This document shows, in pieces, positions 29,719-43,770 of a DNA stretch of 64,000 nt (position 1 is its first letter; the number at the start of each line of letters is the position of its first letter). The position numbers were made by a program, and so were the translations under genes. Below the pieces are notes generated by a model, which searched no databases, was not told where the DNA came from, and saw nothing but the letters and a program-made list of their open reading frames with translations. This DNA is from Eledone cirrhosa. Its lineage: Eukaryota. The stretch is from NCBI GenBank assembly GCA_964016885.1, contig OZ024751.1, forward strand, positions 14,880,001 through 14,944,000, read 5' to 3'.

Positions 29719-32700
29719 TGTGGTATCTGGGCATGGTAATGGGTGTATGGTATCTGGATATGGTAATGGGTGTATGGTATCTGGGTATGGTAATGGGTGT
29801 ATGGTATCTAGGTATGGTAATGGGTGTATGGTATCTGGGTATGGTAATGGGTGTATGGTATCTGGGTATGGTAATGGGTGTGTCGTATCTGGGTATGGTA
29901 ATGGGTGTGTGGTATCTGGATATGGTAATGGGTGTATGGTATCTGGGTATGGTAATGGGTGTATGGTATCTGGGTATGGTAATGGGTGTATGGTATCTGG
30001 GTATGGTAATGGGTGTGTGGTATCTGGGTATGGTAATGGGTGTGTGGTATCTGGGTATGGTAATGGGTGTGTGGTATCTGGGTATGGTAATTGGTGTATG
30101 GTATCTGGGTATGGTAATGGGTGTATGGTATCTAGGTATGGTAATGGGTGTATGGTATCTGGGTATGGTAATGGGTGTATGGTATCTAGGTATGGTAATG
30201 GGTGTATGGTATCTGGGTATGGTAATGGGTGTGTGGTATCTGGGCATGGTAATGGGTGTATGGTATCTGGGTATGGTAATGGGTGTATGGTATCTAGGTA
30301 TGGTAATGGGTGTATGATATCTGGGTATGGTAATGGGTGTGTGGTATCTGGGTATGGTAATGGGTGTGTGGTATCTGGGTATGGTAATGGGTGTATGGTA
30401 TCTAGGTATGGTAATGGGTGTATGGTATCTGGGTATGGTAATGGGTGTATGGTATCTGGGTATGGTAATGGGTGTATGGTATCTGGGTATGGTAATGGGT
30501 GTGTGGTATCTGGGTATGGTAATGGGTGTATGGTATCTGGGCATGGTAATGGGTGTATGGTATCTGGGTATGGTAATGGGTGTATGGTATCTAGCTATGG
30601 TAATGGGTGTATGGTATCTGGGTATGGTAATGGGTGTGTGATATCTGGGTATGGTAATGGGTGTATGGTATCTGGGTATGGTAATGGGTGTATGGTATCT
30701 AGGTATGGTAATGGGTGTATGGTATCTGGGTATGGTAATGGGTGTATGGTATCTGGGTATGGTAATGGGTGTATGGTATCTGGGTATGGTAATGGGTTAT
30801 GGTATCTGGGTATGGTAATGGGTGTGTGGTATCTGGGTATGGTAATGGGTGTATGGTATCTGGGTATGGTAATGGGTGTATGGTATCTAGCTATGGTAAT
30901 GGGTGTATGGTATCTGGGTATGGTAATGGGTGTGTGGTATGTGGGTATGGTAATGGGTGTGTGGTATCTGGGTATGGTAATGGCTGTATGGTATCTGGGT
31001 ATGGTAATGGGTGTATGGTATCTAGGTATGGTAATGGGTGTATGGTATCTGGGTATGGTAATGGGTGTATGGTATCTGGGTATGGTAATGGGTGTATGGT
31101 ATCTGGGTATGGTAATGGGTTATGGTATCTGGGTATGGTAATGGGTGTGTGGTATCTGGGTATGGTAATGGGTGTATGGTATCTGGGTATGGTAATGGGT
31201 GTATGGTATCTGGGTATGGTAATGGGTGTGTGGTATCTGGGTATGGTAATGGGTGTGTGGTATCTGGGTATGGTAATGGGTGTATGGTATCTGGGTATGG
31301 TAATGGGTGTATGGTATCTGGGCATGGTAATGGGTGTATGGTATCTGGGTATGGTAATGGGTGTATGGTATCTGGGCATGGTAATGGGTGTATGGTATCT
31401 GGGTATGGTAATGGGTGTATGGTATCTGGGTATGGTAATGGGTGTATGGTATCTGGGTATGGTAATGGGTGTATGGTATCTGGGTATGGTAATGGGTGTA
31501 TGGTATCTGGGTATGGTAATGGGTGTATGGTATCTGGGTATGGTAATGGGTGTATGGTATCTGGGTATGGTAATGGGTGTATGGTATCTGGGTATGGTAT
31601 CTAGGTATGGTAATGGGTGTGTGGTATCTGGGTATGGTAATGGGTGTATGGTATCTGGGTATGGTATCTAGGTATGGTAATGGGTGTATGGTATCTGGGT
31701 ATGGTAATGGGTGTATGGTATCTGGGTATGGTATCTAGGTATGGTAATGGGTGTGTGGTATCTGGGTATGGTAATGGGTGTATGGTATCTGGGTATGGTA
31801 TCTAGGTATGGTAATGGGTGTATGGTATCTGGGTATGGTAATGGGTGTGTGGTATCTGGGTATGGTAATGGGTGTGTGGTATCTGGGTATGGTAATGGGT
31901 GTGTGGTATCTGGGTATGGTAATGGGTGTATGGTATCTGGGTATGGTAATGGGTGTATGGTATCTGGGTATGGTAATGGGTGTATGGTATCTGGGTATGG
32001 TAATGGGTGTATGGTATCTGGGTATGGTAATGTGTGTATGGTATCTGGGTATGGTAATGGGTGTATGGTATCTGGGTATGGTAATGGGTGTATGGTATCT
32101 GGGTATGGTAATGGGTGTATGGTATCTGGGTATGGTATCTAGGTATGGTAATGGGTGTATGGTATCTGGGTATGGTAATGGGTGTATGGTATCTGGGTAT
32201 GGTATCTAGGTATGGTAATGGGTGTATGGTATCTGGGTATGGTAATGGGTGTGTGGTATCTGGGTATGGTAATGGGTGTATGGTATCTGGGTATGGTAAT
32301 GGGTGTGTGGTATCTGGGTATGGTAATGGGTGTATGGTATCTGGGTATGGTATCTAGGTATGGTAATGGGTGTATGGTATCAGGGTATGGTAATGGGTGT
32401 GTGGTATCTGGGTATGGTAATGGGTGTGTGGTATCTGGGTATGGTAATGGGTGTGTGGTATCTGGGTATGGTAATGGGTGTATGGTATCTGGGTATGGTA
32501 ATGGGTGTGTGGTATCTGGGTATGGTAATGGGTGTGTGGTATCTGGGCATGGTAATGGGTGTATGGTATCTGGGTATGGTAATGGGTGTATGGTATCTGG
32601 GTATGGTAATGGGTGTATGGTATCTGGGTATGGTAATGGATGTATGGTATCTGGGTATGGTAATGGGTGTATGGTATCTGGGTATGGTAATGGGTGTGTG

Positions 32701-34990
32701 GTATCTGGGTATGGTAATGGGTGTGTGGTATCTGGGTATGGTAATGGGTGTATGGTATCTGGGTATGGTAATGGATGTATGGTATCTGGGTATGGTAATG
32801 GGTGTATGGTATCTGGGTATGGTAATGGGTGTGTGGTATCTGGGTATGGTAATGGGTGTGTGGTATCTGGGTATGGTAATGGGTGTATGGTATCTAGGTA
32901 TGGTAATGGGTGTATGGTATCTGGGTATGGTAATGGGTGTATGGTATCTGGGTATGGTAATGGGTGTATGGTATCTGGGTATGGTAATGGGTGTATGGTA
33001 TCTAGGTATGGTAATGGGTGTGTGGTATCTGGGTATGGTAATGGGTGTATGGTATCTGGGTATGGTAATGGGTGTATGGTATCTAGGTATGGTAATGGGT
33101 GTATGGTATCTGGGTATGGTAATGGGTGTATGGTATCTGAGTATGGTAATGGGTGTGTGGTATCTGGGTATGGTAATGGGTGTATGGTATCTGAGTATGG
33201 TAATGGGTGTGTGGTATCTGAGTATGGTAATGGGTGTGTGGTATCTAGGTATGGTAATGGGTGTGTGGTATCTGGGTATGGTAATGGGTGTATGGTATCT
33301 GGGTATGGTAATGGGTGTATGGTATCTGGGTATGGTAATGGGTGTATGGTATCTGAGTATGGTAATGGGTGTGTGGTATCTGGGTATGGTAATGGGTGTA
33401 TCGTATCTGGGTATGGTAATGGGTGTATGGTATCTGGGTATGGTAATGGGTGTATGGTATCTGGGTATGGTAATGGGTGTATGGTATCTGGGTATGGTAA
33501 TGGGTGTATGGTATCTGGGTATGGTAATGGGTGTATGTTATCTGGGTATGGTAATGGGTGTGTGGTATCTGAGTATGGTAATGGGTGTGTGGTATCTAGG
33601 TATGGTAATGGGTGTATGGTATCTGGGTATGGTAATGGGTGTATGGTATCTGGGTATGGTAATGGGTGTATGGTATCTGAGTATGGTAATGGGTGTGTGG
33701 TATCTAGGTATGGTAATGGGTGTATGGTATCTGGGTATGGTAATGGGTGTGTGATATCTGGGTATGGTAATGGGTGTATGGTATCTGGGTATGGTAATGG
33801 GTGTATGATATCTGGGTATGGTAATGGGTGTATGGTATCTGGGTATGGTAATGGGTGTGTGGTATCTGGGTATGGTAATGGGTGTATGGTATCTGGGTAT
33901 GGTAATGGGTGTATGGTATCTGGGTATGGTAATGGGTGTATGGTATCTGGGTATGGTAATGGGTGTATGGTATCTGGGTATGGTAATGGGTGTGTGGTAT
34001 CTGGGTATGGTAATGGGTGTATGGTATCTGGGTATGGTAATGGGTGTATGGTAATGGGTGTATGGTATCTGGGTATGGTAATGGGTGTATGTTATCTGGG
34101 TATGGTAATGGGTGTGTGGTATCTGGGTATGGTAATGGGTGTGTGGTATCTGGGTATGGTAATGGGTGTGTGGTATCTGGGTATGGTAATGGGTGTGTGG
34201 TATCTGGGTATGGTAATGGGTGTGTGGTATCTGGGTAGGGTAATGGGTGTGTGGTATCTGGGTATGGTAATGGGTGTATGGTATCTGGGTATGGTAATGG
34301 GTGTATGGTATCTGGGTATGGTAATGGGTGTATGGTATCTGGGTATGGTAATGGGTGTGTGGTATCTGGGTATGGTAATGGGTGTGTGGTACCTGGGTAT
34401 GGTAATGGGTGTGTGGTATCTGGGTATGGTAATGGGTGTGTGGTATCTGGGTATGGTAATGGGTGTATGGTATCTGGGTATGGTAATGGGTGTGTGGTAT
34501 CTAGGTATGGTAATGGGTGTGTGGTATCTGGGCATGGTAATGGGTGTATGGTATCTGGGTATAGTAATGGGTGTATAGTAATGGGTGTATGGTAATGGGT
34601 GTGTGGTATCTGGGTATGGTAATGGGTGTGTGGTATCTGGGTATGGTAATGGGTGTGTGGTATCTGGGTATGGTAATGGGCGTGTGGTATCTGGGTAGGG
34701 TAATGGGTGTGTGGTATCTGGGTATGGTAATGGGTGTATGGTATCTGGGTATGGTAATGGGTGTATGGTATCTGGGTATGGTAATGGGTGTGTGGTATCT
34801 AGGTATGGTAATGGGTGTGTGGTATCTGGGCATGGTAATGGGTGTATGGTATCTGGGTATAGTAATGGGTGTATAGTAATGGGTGTATGGTAATGGGTGT
34901 ATGGTATCTGGGTATGGTAATGGGTGTATGGTATCTGGGTATGGTAATGGGTGTATAGTAATGGGTGTATAGTAATGGGTGTATGGTATT
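29704..34990. repeat. ~5.3 kb 27-bp G/T-rich satellite
   Basis: GTATGGTATCTGG+GTATGGTAATGGGT (13+14 bp dimer), ~195 copies. Confidence 0.98.
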
Positions 34991-35312
34991 ACTGTATAAT
35001 GTGTTGTAATATTGTGAGAGCCAGAAGATAGCCGAAGTATAAAAAGATATCAATAGTGAAAGGGAAGAGTGTGAGAGATAGCAGGGTGGGGAGGGGGGGG
35101 GTGAAAGAATTAAAGAAGAAGCAAGTGTGAACGGAGAGCTGGGTGAGGATGGGTGAGTGGGAGAGAGAGGGGATAAGAGGGGGAGAAAGGGAGAAAGGAA
35201 GAAAGACGGATAGAGAAAGAGAGAGAGAGGAGGGTAAGAGAGAGAGAGAGAAAGAGAGAGGATAAGAGAGAGAGAGAAAGAGAAAGAGAGAGAGAGAGAG
35301 AGAGTAAGAGAG

Positions 35313-35366
<54 letters not shown>

Positions 35367-35579
35367 AAGCAGTGAAATAGATATCAAAATGGTGTGGAAA
35401 AGGGAACATTTAACATATGTTTGTGTATCTATTTAAATGATGTGTGTCTATTTAATACACACACACAAACACACAGGCAAACACACACACAGAGACAGAC
35501 AGACAGAGGCAAGCATACACACATACGTATGCTGAGAGAAAGACGGGGAGCGTGTATATGGTGGCTATGTACGTGTATG

Positions 35580-35613
<34 letters not shown>

Positions 35614-35675
35614 TGTATGTATGTATGTGTATATGTATGTATGTATATACGTATGTATTTATATATGTATGTCTG

Positions 35676-35706
<31 letters not shown>

Positions 35707-37131
35707 CTATGTATATATGTATGTATATAATATGTATGTATGTATGTATGTATATATGTATGTATATATGAATGTATGTATTATCTATGTATATGTGAAT
35801 CTATGTATGTATGTATGCATAAATGTATGTATGTATATATGTATGTATGTATGTATATATGTAAGTATGTATATATGTATGTATGTATGCATATATATAA
35901 TAGAAGAGTAATAAAACGATGTAGAGAATTTAGAAACACACAAAGATAGAATCAGAGAAAATAAGGAAAGAAGGAAAGAAAGGAAGCAAGGAAGTAAGAA
36001 GTATAAAACAAAAGACAAAAAGAAAACCAAGTGAAAATCTGTTACGATTGAAGTTTCTTCCGATTCCCTGAGGAGGATTTCCTCATTAGTTTCCAAACAA
36101 TCCGAGACTGTCGTCTGGCCTAAGGAGACATTTTAATCACGTGACAAAACAGAAGACGATCGTCGCCATTATTGCAAATGGCGGCGATCATTTTTAGTTT
36201 TTTCATTCTATTCTTTTGTTACACACACACAGACATATGCACTCACTCCACTCACACACACACACACACAGTGACACAGACACACATACACACACACACA
36301 CATTCTTTCTGAACCGTCCATCTGTTTTGGGGGTGCTATTTGTTTACGATCAAAATGTTCAGAATTAGTAACACTGTTATAAATATATTGATGAAAACCA
36401 ATCAAACCATTTAGCTAACTCTGCCATTAATAGTCTTTGTTTTCTATCGATCAATATCGATATAATTATTAGCACTAGCCCCTCACCCATTACCACTACC
36501 ATCGCCATCACTACCACCACCACTACTACTACTACTACCTTAACAAAAGCATTAACCACTATTTCTACGACCACCATCACAATTTATCACTTCTACAAGC
36601 ACCACCACCACCACCATATATACGCGTACGTGTGTATGTATGTGTGCATACATGTAAATATGTATGTGTGTAAATATGTATGTGCATGTATGTGTTTTTA
36701 TTTGAATGCATGTATGTGTGTTTGTACGTACCTACGTATGTATGTATGTATTTATGAAGACACACCTATATATGCATGTATGTAAATATGTATGTATATG
36801 TATGTAAGTGTTTATGTTTGTATGTATGTATGTATTTATGAATACACACCTATGTATGTATGTAAATATGTATGTATATGTATGTAAATGTTTATGCTTG
36901 TATGTATGTATGTAAATATGTGTGTGTGTACACAATATGGCAGCTCTTAAGCTGGTTAGCAAAACCGATTGGAGGAGAAAATTAGTTGACTTGAGAAAGA
37001 GACGGAGAGAAGGGTGGTGAGGGGGGGGGGGAGTTAACGAGAAATAAAGAGAGAAAAAAACGAAAGAGAGAGAAATCAGTTCCTCTAACAACAACAACAA
37101 CGATAACAACTACTACACCACCACCACCACC

Positions 37132-37162
<31 letters not shown>

Positions 37163-37309
37163 GCAGCAACCATTGTTTCACTGTCAGATAGCAACTGTTC
37201 ACTAATTAGTATTTGATGACACAAAGTTATGCTAAGTTTACCCAAGTATTTCTTCTGTGCTGGAATCATCATATTTTTCTCTTTGTCTGTCTAACAGTTG
37301 ATGCGTGAA

Positions 37310-37645
37310 GTTCCATCATCACCACCACCACCACCACCCTACCAATACCGCCACCACCACCACCACCACCACCACAACCACCACCACCAGCAGCATCACC
37401 AACCTATCACCACTACCCTACCACCACCACAAGTACCACCACCACTACCTTACCACCATTACCCCCCATCATCACTACCTCCACCATCACCACTACTACC
37501 ACCACCACTAACCCCATCACCACCACCACCATCACCACCACCACCAAACAACAACAAAGACACAAAAGAACAAAGAGAAGAAAAACAACAGAGATAAAGA
37601 GCAAAGAGAAACAATATCCACCACCACCACCACCACCACCACCAA
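37310..37645. repeat. (CAC)n low-complexity tract
   Basis: Direct. Confidence 0.9.
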
Positions 37646-37715
37646 AAAAACAACTATAACAAAAAGACCAAAAAAACAAAGAAAAAAATTGCTTTTGTTT
37701 ATTTATTATTATTAT

Positions 37716-37890
37716 TGCCGAGGTTGACTTTGCCTTTCATCCTTACGGGGTCGATAAAATAAAGTACCAGTAATGCACTGGGTAATTGCTGGCCTTGTGC
37801 CTAAAGTAGAAACAATTATTATTGTTAAAGTACCAGTAATGCACTGAGTGATTGCTGGCCTTGACCCAATAGTAGAAACAATTATTATTA
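37716..37890 (+). mobile_element. SINE family A 3' half with duplicated tail
   Basis: Core followed by two AAAGTACCAGTAATGCACTG..GTAGAAACAATT tails. Confidence 0.85.
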
Positions 37891-38299
37891 TTACTATTAT
37901 TATCATTGTTGTTATTGTAGATGTTGAAGTCGTCGTTGTAGTGGTAGTAGTAGTAGTAGTAGTAGTAAAACAATCCCTAATATTATTAGCAGTGTCATAA
38001 ACGGTGTTGACAGGGAGATATAAACACGTTTGATTCTCTGTTCTGGGTTACTAATTCTCATTTTTTTGCTGTTTTATTGTTTTTATATTAGCTACTCTAT
38101 ATAGTTTCTATTTTTGTTATTTTATTTTATTTTATCTTAATCTTATTGTTTGTTTGTGTTGGTTTGTTCGTGTGTTTGTTATTTAAGAAGTTGTTTAGTT
38201 GTTTATTCTAGATGTTCGTGTTCTTATTTATGATGTTAGCTTATTATTTATGATGTTTGTCTTCCATATTGTTAGTTCGTTAATTATGAGGTTTACCTT

Positions 38300-39030
38300 T
38301 GGTGTTAGTTTGTTATTTGTGATATTAGTTTGTTGTTTATAACGTTAGTTTGTTATTTATAACGTTGGTTTGTTATTTATAACGTTGGTTTGTTGTTTAT
38401 AACATTGGTTTGTTGTTTATAACGTTGGTTTGTTCTTTATAACATTGGTTTGTTGTTTATAACGTTGGTTTGATATTTATAACGTTAGTTTGTTGTTTAT
38501 AACGGTGATTTGTTATTTATAACGTTGGTTTGGTATTTATAACGTTGGTTTGTTGTTTATAACGTTGGTTTGTTGTTTATAACGTTAATTCGTTGTTTAT
38601 AACGGTAGTTTGGTATTTATAACGTTGGTTTGGTATTTATAACGTTGGTTTCTTGTTTATAATGATACTTTGTTGTTTATAACGGTGGTTTGGTATTTAT
38701 AACATTAGTTTGCAGTTTATAACATTAGTTTGTTGTTTATAACGTTGGTTTGTTATTTATAACGTTGGCTAGGTATTTATTATGTTGGTTTGTTATTTAT
38801 AACGGTTGTTTGGCACTTATAACGCTAGTTTGTTATTTATAACGTTAGTTTGTTGCTTATAACGTTAAGTTTCTGTTTATAACGTTACTTCGGTATTTAT
38901 AATGTTGGTTTGTTATTTATAGTGATGGTCTGTTATTTATAATGATACTTTGTTATCTATAACATTAGTTTTTATTTATAACGTTTAATTTGCTATTTAT
39001 AACGGCGTTGGTTTGTTAATTATAACTTAA
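38300..39030. repeat. 20-bp minisatellite
   Basis: TTTATAACGTTGGTTTGTT(A/G), ~35 copies, degenerate at the edges. Confidence 0.95.
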
Positions 39031-39487
39031 ACTCCCTGTTACAATAGAAGCCATTCGTCTAAGATGACGCACAATAGGATTTAACCCAAAACCACGCAGT
39101 AGCGAAGCGAACTCCTACGATGTTAGCTTTTTTTGTACGGTGTTAGTTTAATATACATTCAGCCATTTACTGTTTACAGGCTTTAGAACACGGCCATGCT
39201 GGGGCATATCAATATATTATTATTTGCGACGTTAGGTTGTTGATGTTATTTTTATGATGTTTTGTTATGCATGGTATTTTTTTGTTTATTTATCTATTTA
39301 ATTATTTATATGTTCATGTCATGTTGCTGTTGTTGAATTATTTATTACAGAGAATCTTTACGAAAATAGTAACATCATCTTAGCCAGCTGTGACAACAGT
39401 TATTTCTCTCTCTCTCTCTACGTGCACACACACACACCATATGTTTATGCGTGTGTGTCTATATATATATATATATATATTTAAATA

Positions 39488-39683
39488 TAACGAAGGAGGT
39501 GTGGTAAGGAACCAGATGGACCATAGCGCACCAGAGTACTCAATACTTAGGATAGTAGAGTGGGTAATAGGAAAATGTTTGACCCCGACGGCAGAGCTCA
39601 AGCCGTTTCGGCGGCTATTTCTGGTTCAGAAATAGCCATCGAAACGGCTTGAGCTCTGCCGTCGGGGTCAAACATTTTCCTAT
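39488..39683 (-). mobile_element. Fold-back family F, copy 3
   Basis: Apex GGCTATTTCTG-GTT-CAGAAATAGCC; TA flanks. Confidence 0.85.
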
Positions 39684-39853
39684 ATATATAAAATATAATA
39701 TACGTGTATGTATATATATATACATATATATAATATACATGTGTGTATACATACACACACGCATATATATAATATACATATACATAAATATATATATACA
39801 TAAACATAAATACACATATAAATATATATATATATATATAAATATACATATAA

Positions 39854-39940
<87 letters not shown>

Positions 39941-40249
39941 ATATATATATATGTAATTAAGGAAGGGGATACCACAATGAAACAATGTACAGGTTTCTCA
40001 CAAAACAACCTCCTCATCTGAGACACCCTGCTGGGTGTCAGCATGTTGTAGCTTCAGCTAAAGTTAATACACTATTAAAGTTTCTTTCCACATGCTAACA
40101 ACATTCCGTTTTATCAGTTATACTTATTATTGAGGGCAAAGAAATTGACAGGATTGCTAGAGTCGCTGACGAAATCTATAGAGGGATTTACATTGCGTCT
40201 GTGAGTTTCTGAGTTCAAATCCCACCAGAAAGTCTGTCTTAAGCCATTT

Positions 40250-40432
40250 AAGTACAAGACTTGACCCTGGACAGGACGCCAGTCCATCACAGAGTTAAAC
40301 TCCCAGCTATGGAGCTCACTGGAGCAATGTGAAACGAAGTGTTTTGCTCTACAACACAACACGCAACCCAGCCCAGGAATCAGACCAACGACATTATGAT
40401 CGTAAGTCCAACACCATTACCACTAGGCTATG
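40250..40432 (-). mobile_element. SINE family B inserted in a SINE A-like head
   Basis: Reverse complement matches 41100-41290 (GCCTAGTGGTAA..GACT..GATCATAATGTCG..ATGGACT.GCGTCCTGTCCAG). Confidence 0.75.
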
Positions 40433-40434
40433 CG

Positions 40435-40850
40435 TTTGTAACTTTCTGAGTTCAAATCCCACCAGAGCTGCTGGGAAATTGAGAGAATTACTTGAGTCGA
40501 TGACGAAATGTATTGTGGGATTTATTTGTGTCTGGGACTTTCTGAGTTCAAATCCCACCAGAGCTGCTGGGAAATTGAGAGAATTACTTGAATCGATGAC
40601 AAAATGTATTGTGGGATTTATTTGTGTCTGGGACTTTCTGAGTTCAAATCCCACCAGAGCTGCTGGGAAATTGAGAGAATTACTTGAGTCGATGACAAAA
40701 TGTATTGTGGGATTAATTTGCGTCTGGGACTTTCTGAGTTCAAATCCCACCAGAGCTGCTGGGAAATTGAGAGAATTACTTGAGTCGATGACAAAATGTA
40801 TTGTGGGATTAATTTGCGTCTGGGACTTTCTGTGTTCAAATCCCACCAAC
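40435..40850. repeat. 96-bp tandem repeat (~4.3 copies) derived from a SINE A-like head
   Basis: TTCTGAGTTCAAATCCCACCA recurs every 96 bp; related to 40135-40230. Confidence 0.9.
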
Positions 40851-41097
40851 TGTTAACCTTTCTATGTCATTCAGAACATAAACTACAAGTCAAAACACTG
40901 ACGCTGAATTTAATTGTCTGGGGGGCCACCATACTGCGCACACTCATCTTACTCTATTGCTAAAATTCAAATTCTATTTCTATCTGCTCTCATTCTCATA
41001 TGTATCGTTGTCACGCACACTCATCATATATTGTTGCAGGGCTAATTCATTTTGAAGCCCTTATCACTTAAAATATTTTAGTACCCATATATAAAAG

Positions 41098-41382
41098 TGG
41101 AGGCGCGTGGCCTAGTGGTAAGGGCGTTGGATTTAGGATCATAATGTCGTAGGTTCGATTCCTAGACTGGGTTGTGTGTTGTGTTTTTGAGCAAAAACAC
41201 TTCATATCAAGTTGCTCCAGTGTACTCAGTTGAAAATGAGTGCCGACAATAGCTGGGTGTTTAACTCTGCTATGGACTAGCGTCCTGTCCAGTGGGGGAA
41301 GGGAGTCTTGTACTCTCAGTCGCTTAACGCCATGGAAACCGGGATAAACACCAACCTGATGAACCTCCAGGCTTTAGACACC
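41098..41382 (+). mobile_element. tRNA-derived SINE family B, near full length
   Basis: GGAGGCGCGTGGCCTAGTGG A box and GGTTCGATTCC B box; CATATATAAA on both flanks (41086, 41382) is a candidate TSD. Confidence 0.85.
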
Positions 41383-41789
41383 ATATATAAAGTCTGCGAA
41401 AAAATGTTTTTCTTAATATAAAGAATGCTGTGGTCATGCGCAGATATACTATAAAATGGTCATGCGCAGACATACTTAAAATGGCTTATAAATAGGGCAA
41501 AGATTCTTAAAGACGGGAAAAGAAGTTGCCATTGGCCGCTATGAGTTGATAAATACAATTAATTTGAATAAAATGGTGCCCTTCTTTCCTTGAAGCTCTA
41601 ATCCTGTGTTTATTGTGTTAATGGTTAACATGACTTACCCAGCTCTGGTTCACTATCATCCTATATTTCTACCCACACTCAAACTTCTTATACCCACACT
41701 CACGTTTCTTGTACCCAGACTCACATTATTCTGCTAAACGATACTCATCCTACATTTCTAACCACATTACCTACACTCAACGCTACACC

Positions 41790-43410
41790 ATTGGCCCCAC
41801 TCACCTCACACCATTACCTACACTCACCTCTACACCATAGCCCACACTCACCTCACATCATTAGCTACACTCACCTCATACCACTACCCACACTAACACC
41901 ATTACCCACACTCACCTCACACCAATACCAACGCCACCACCACTACCACACCATTACCAACGCCACCACAACCGCCAACGCCAGCACAACTACGACACTA
42001 CCACCACTACCACACCATTACCAACGCCACCACTACCCACACCATTACCAACGCCACCACTACCACCAACGCCACCACCACTACCACACCAATACCAACG
42101 CCACTACTACCACCACTACCACACCAATACCACACCAATACCAACGCCACTACTACCACCAACGCCACCACCACTACCACACCAACACCAACGCCACTAC
42201 TACCACCAATACCAACGCCACTACTACCACCACTACCACACCAATACCAACGCCACTACTACCACCAACGCCACCACCACTACCACACCAATACCAACGC
42301 CACTACTACCACCAACGCCACCACCACTACCACACCAATACCAACGCCACTACTACCACCACTACCACACCAATACCAACGCCACTACTACCACCACTAC
42401 CACACCAATACCAACGCCACCACCACTACCACACCAATACCAACGCCACTACTACCACCACTACCACACCAATACCAACGCCACTACTACCACCAACGCC
42501 ACCACCACTACCACACCAATACCAACGCCACTACTACCACCACTACCACACCAATACCAACGCCACTACTACCACCAACGCCACCACCACTACCACACCA
42601 ATACCAACGCCACTACTACCACCACTACCACACCAATACCAACGCCACTACTACCACCAACGCCACCACCACTACCACACCAATACCAACGCCACTACTA
42701 CCACCACTACCACACCAATACCACACCAATACCAACGCCACTACTACCACCAACGCCACCACCACTACCACACCAACACCAACGCCACTACTACCACCAA
42801 TACCAACGCCACTACTACCACCACTACCACACCAATACCAACGCCACTACTACCACCAACGCCACCACCACTACCACACCAATACCAACGCCACTACTAC
42901 CACCAACGCCACCACCACTACCACACCAATACCAACGCCACTACTACCACCACTACCACACCAATACCAACGCCACTACTACCACCACTACCACACCAAT
43001 ACCAACGCCACCACCACTACCACACCAATACCAACGCCACTACTACCACCACTACCACACCAATACCAACGCCACTACTACCACCAACGCCACCACCACT
43101 ACCACACCAATACCAACGCCACTACTACCACCACTACCACACCAATACCAACGCCACTACTACCACCAACGCCACCACCACTACCACACCAATACCAACG
43201 CCACTACTACCACCACTACCACACCAATACCAACGCCACTACTACCACCAACGCCACCACCACTACCACACCAATACCAACGCCACTACTACCACCACTA
43301 CCACACCAACACCAACGCCACTACTACCACCAACGCCACCACCACTACCACACCAACACCAACGCCACTACCGCCACCACTACCAACACCAAGAACAACA
43401 ACACCACAAC
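41790..43410. repeat. C/A-rich trinucleotide-derived satellite with ~590-bp higher-order duplication
   Basis: CACACCAATACCAACGCCACTACTAC modules; marker ACACCAATACCACACCAATACC at 42121 and 42712. Confidence 0.9.
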
Positions 43411-43650
43411 ATGGAGCCCAGCCACCAAACTATTGCCCGAGTCAACGAGTGTGCCCTCTACACGACACGCTAGAAATAACAGCCAGATTCCCTTGAATCA
43501 CCTTTCAGTCACTATCGTCTTGAATATAAAGATAACAGATAATAGAGACCTTAGATAACCGCCCCCGGTCTATGAACGGTCAACGTTGAAATAGATTTGA
43601 TCATAGATCTGTGATCGATCGGGCTTGACCAGGCGCGATCTAACCAACAA
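43410..43650 (+). mobile_element. Interspersed repeat related to 2340-2565; its AAC tail runs into an expanded tract
   Basis: Shared sequence blocks and AAC tail. Confidence 0.55.
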
Positions 43651-43718
43651 CAACAACAACAGCGACAGCAACAACAACAACAACAACAACAACAACAGCG
43701 ACAACAACAACAACAGCG

Positions 43719-43770
<52 letters not shown>

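Noticed and set aside
29693-34893. Gly/Tyr/Cys-rich structural protein gene
   Set aside because: Has 2-, 13- and 14-bp indels and in-frame stops, with no signal peptide or unique termini.
40329-40856. 175-aa ORF with a 32-aa repeat
   Set aside because: Translation of a 96-bp SINE-derived tandem repeat.
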